Below, piece by piece: positions 61,940 to 64,000 of a DNA stretch of 64,000 nt. Both the position numbers and the translations under genes were made by a program. The stretch's first letter is position 1, and each line of letters opens with the position of its first letter. The stretch comes from Candidatus Peribacteria bacterium (GTDB taxonomy: Bacteria > Patescibacteriota > Gracilibacteria > Peribacterales > Peribacteraceae). A model generated the notes under the pieces. That model searched no databases. It saw only the letters and a program-made list of their open reading frames with translations, and was not told the DNA's origin. Location of the stretch: contig JABICL010000039.1 in assembly GCA_018652265.1 (NCBI GenBank), forward strand, positions 7,287 through 71,286, in the 5' to 3' direction.

Positions 61940-62833
61940 TTAGGTCTTTTTTATAATTCTCAAACGTGCACTTCTTGCACGTGGATTACTTTCTATCTCC
62001 TGTAGATTCGCTTGAACTGCCTTTTTAGTCAAGAGCTCATAGGATGGCGGACATATTGGCGCACCAGTTATAGCATCTTTCTGCGAAGTTGTGAGATTTT
62101 TGAATCTTTGCTTTACCTTGCGATCTTCTAGAGAGTGGTAGCTAATTATACCCATTCTTCCGCCTGGCCTTAAAAAATGTGGCCCCTGCTCAAGCAATTC
62201 ATCTAACGCTCCAATCTCATCATTTACTTCTATTCTGAGTGCTTGGAATATTTGTGGCAGAACTTTGTTTGCTTTCCACTTATAAACTTTTTCTACAATT
62301 TCTCTAAGGTCTGAAGTTGTTTCTATTTTTTTCGCCTCACTAATTTCCCTGGAAAGTGCATATATCTTTTCTACTTCTGCATATTCTTTGAAAATTCTTA
62401 TCAGATCATTTTCCGATGAATTATTTAGAAGAGTTGCAGCTGATATTCCTTTTGATTTATCAAATCTACAATCAAGTGAAGAGTCTCCCCGAAAACTAAA
62501 CCCTCTTTCTGGATCATCTATATGAGGAGAGCTAAGACCAAGATCTGCAAATAAAATATTACATTGTGGTAAATCCAAATCATTTATATCTCGAAAATTG
62601 GCATTAATAAATTCAATTTTTTCGCTGATCGCGGGTCGCTGATCGCGGGTCGCTGATAAGTTCTCCTCATCCGCATCCACCCCAATCAACTTTCCCTTAG
62701 CGCCTATCTTCTCCAAAAACTTCTCCGCATGCCCTCCAAGCCCAAGAGTTACATCTATTACAACCTCACCTGATTTGGGATCAAGTAGTTCTAGAGTGGG
62801 GGATAGGAGGACGGGAATATGAGTCACCGACAC
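61940..62833 (-). CDS. rsmH: 16S rRNA (cytosine1402-N4)-methyltransferase RsmH
   Basis: GTG start. HIPVLL, DVTLGLGGH and SYHSLEDR motifs. Confidence 0.9.
   Translation of the reverse strand: MSVTHIPVLLSPTLELLDPKSGEVVIDVTLGLGGHAEKFLEKIGAKGKLIGVDADEENLSATRDQRPAISEKIEFINANFRDINDLDLPQCNILFADLGLSSPHIDDPERGFSFRGDSSLDCRFDKSKGISAATLLNNSSENDLIRIFKEYAEVEKIYALSREISEAKKIETTSDLREIVEKVYKWKANKVLPQIFQALRIEVNDEIGALDELLEQGPHFLRPGGRMGIISYHSLEDRKVKQRFKNLTTSQKDAITGAPICPPSYELLTKKAVQANLQEIESNPRARSARLRIIKKT
62623..62657. repeat. GC-rich 14-bp tandem repeat (2.5 copies) inside rsmH
   Basis: CGCTGATCGCGGGT CGCTGATCGCGGGT CGCTGAT encodes LSATRDQRPAIS in the variable linker. Confidence 0.85.
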
Positions 62834-62853
62834 AGTTTAGCAGAGTGGCCAGC

Positions 62854-62930
62854 CATGAACCGGAGCGCGGATGTATTTTTGGTAATACCAAAAATACAAA
62901 TGCCGAAGGCATCCGCGTGACTGGTTCATG
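62854..62930 (-). other. Compound hairpin element abutting the 3' end of tRNA-Ser(TGA)
   Basis: The outer stem CATGAACC/GGTTCATG plus CGCGGATG/CATCCGCG encloses the perfect palindrome ATTTTTGGTA/TACCAAAAAT and GCC-GAA-GGC. Confidence 0.7.
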
Positions 62931-63018
62931 GCGGTGGGAGTGGGATTCGAACCCACGAGAGGCTTGCACCTCTAACAGTTTTCAAGACTGCCGCCATCGA
63001 CCACTCGGCCATCCCACC
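62929..63018 (-). tRNA. tRNA-Ser (anticodon TGA), long variable arm, CCA encoded
   Basis: Reverse complement is GGTGGGATGGCCGAGTGGTCGATGGCGGCAGTCTTGAAAACTGTTAGAGGTGCAAGCCTCTCGTGGGTTCGAATCCCACTCCCACCGCCA. Confidence 0.9.
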
Positions 63019-63072
63019 GCCGGATATGATACACTAGTCATCAGAAAATTTGACGACCAAAATAGACACCGT

Positions 63073-63165
<93 letters not shown>

Positions 63166-63244
63166 CATTTACCACTATTAGTACTTGTATCAAATTCTTC
63201 ACATAACTACACTGCATTAGTTAATTTAACTAATCCTATTTATT

Positions 63245-64000
63245 ATGAAAAAAATCACATTCGCTGCGTTTTTGATTTCCATTTTTGCCATCACTTCTGC
63301 ATCATCTGCTGAAAGCCCAAGAGATTTTCCAGAACATTTGAAATTGTGGGGCTCAGAAGGAAACACTGCTTTTTATATACTACTTGTAGGGGAGAGGATG
63401 GTGCTTACCGCAGGACCCCAACAAAACAATGATCGACTTATATTGGAAAATTACAAAACCGATCAACTAAATTGTTACGACGTTCCATCTTCATATCAAG
63501 AATCACAGAATGCGAACCAAAAATGGGAATGTGAAGCAATAGCAACCGGAGATTCAAACAGTGAAGTGTTTTTTCGTGTTGGATCTGAAAGATCCAACAC
63601 TATCGTCATACAAATAAATGAATCCGAACAGACTTCTATGGGTTATTGCTGTGCCCCAAACAATCCTGAATTTAACCAATGTCAAAATCTTGTAAGTAAG
63701 GATATGTGTGATGCAATGAGTGGAACGCTAAGTGAGTTTAGAAACACTGGAAATTGTGCAACTTGTCGCTCAGTCCCTAAACCAAAAGTAAGCTGCTGTT
63801 TCGAACCTACAGGCGGAGGATTAGCATGCGAACAATGGAGAACAGAAGATTGCCATAAAAAAGATGGCAGAATTCTTGATTCCTGTGAGCAATGTTGGGA
63901 ATCATACAATGATAATCCACCTCCCACTCCTTATCCTAATCCAAACATACCTCCTGCAGGCTACGAAGATGAAGTGCTTGTAAATATAGAAGATTACGAT
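63245..64000 (+). CDS. Secreted cysteine-rich protein, 5' partial (runs off the window)
   Basis: I translated this by hand: MKKITFAAFLISIFAITSASSAESPRDF... with no stop through 64000 (252 codons). It has a signal peptide, CC doublets (GYCCAPNN, VSCCFEP) and a Pro-rich PPPTPYPNPNIPP. It is absent from the ORF track because it is open-ended. Confidence 0.55.
   Translation, partial: MKKITFAAFLISIFAITSASSAESPRDFPEHLKLWGSEGNTAFYILLVGERMVLTAGPQQNNDRLILENYKTDQLNCYDVPSSYQESQNANQKWECEAIATGDSNSEVFFRVGSERSNTIVIQINESEQTSMGYCCAPNNPEFNQCQNLVSKDMCDAMSGTLSEFRNTGNCATCRSVPKPKVSCCFEPTGGGLACEQWRTEDCHKKDGRILDSCEQCWESYNDNPPPTPYPNPNIPPAGYEDEVLVNIEDYD

Overview
AT-rich bacterial chromosomal segment. Sampled core-gene lines are about 27-35% GC. 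The standard genetic code fits: long intact ORFs with TAA, TAG and TGA all used as stops. I call about 60 protein genes and 6 tRNAs, and every tRNA encodes its 3' CCA. Most genes are housekeeping: metG, dut, murC, rpmA, rplK-rplA, tatD, ruvB, pth, lepB, glmS, a class-B PBP, tsaD, lgt, purL, grpE, fmt, clpC, ruvX, rpsT, priA, dnaK, gap, an nfo-like gene, cca, an ftsL-like gene and rsmH. These are mixed with cell-surface proteins: an SLH protein, a PKD protein, Cys-rich repeat proteins, and a sortase plus an LPETG substrate. That content, together with a sigma-region-4/HARE-HTH fusion and a T4SS-pilin-like ORF, suggests a Patescibacteria/CPR-type organism; this is inference only. The unusual part of the window is non-coding. 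Most intergenic gaps longer than about 100 bp are filled by GC-rich, long imperfect-palindrome repeats from at least six families, named here A, B, D, E, F and T. Several show paired (compensatory) arm substitutions, nesting, or flank single genes. The top candidate is a 1.96-kb GC-rich cassette at 28257-30223 that fills the whole gap between the convergent glmS and PBP genes. It holds three divergent STAS-domain genes set in nearly identical non-coding scaffolds (leader plus structured 3' element with a conserved mini-ORF). It is bracketed by two ~110-bp palindromes built from TAGGTA/TACCTA units at a strict 9-bp period. Other observations: perfect CIRCE operators at dnaK and clpC, a probably horizontally acquired GC-rich TIM-barrel gene next to tRNA-Met, an SLH gene flanked by a 125-bp duplication of its neighbour's 3' end, and a four-helix-bundle gene bracketed by inverted repeats.
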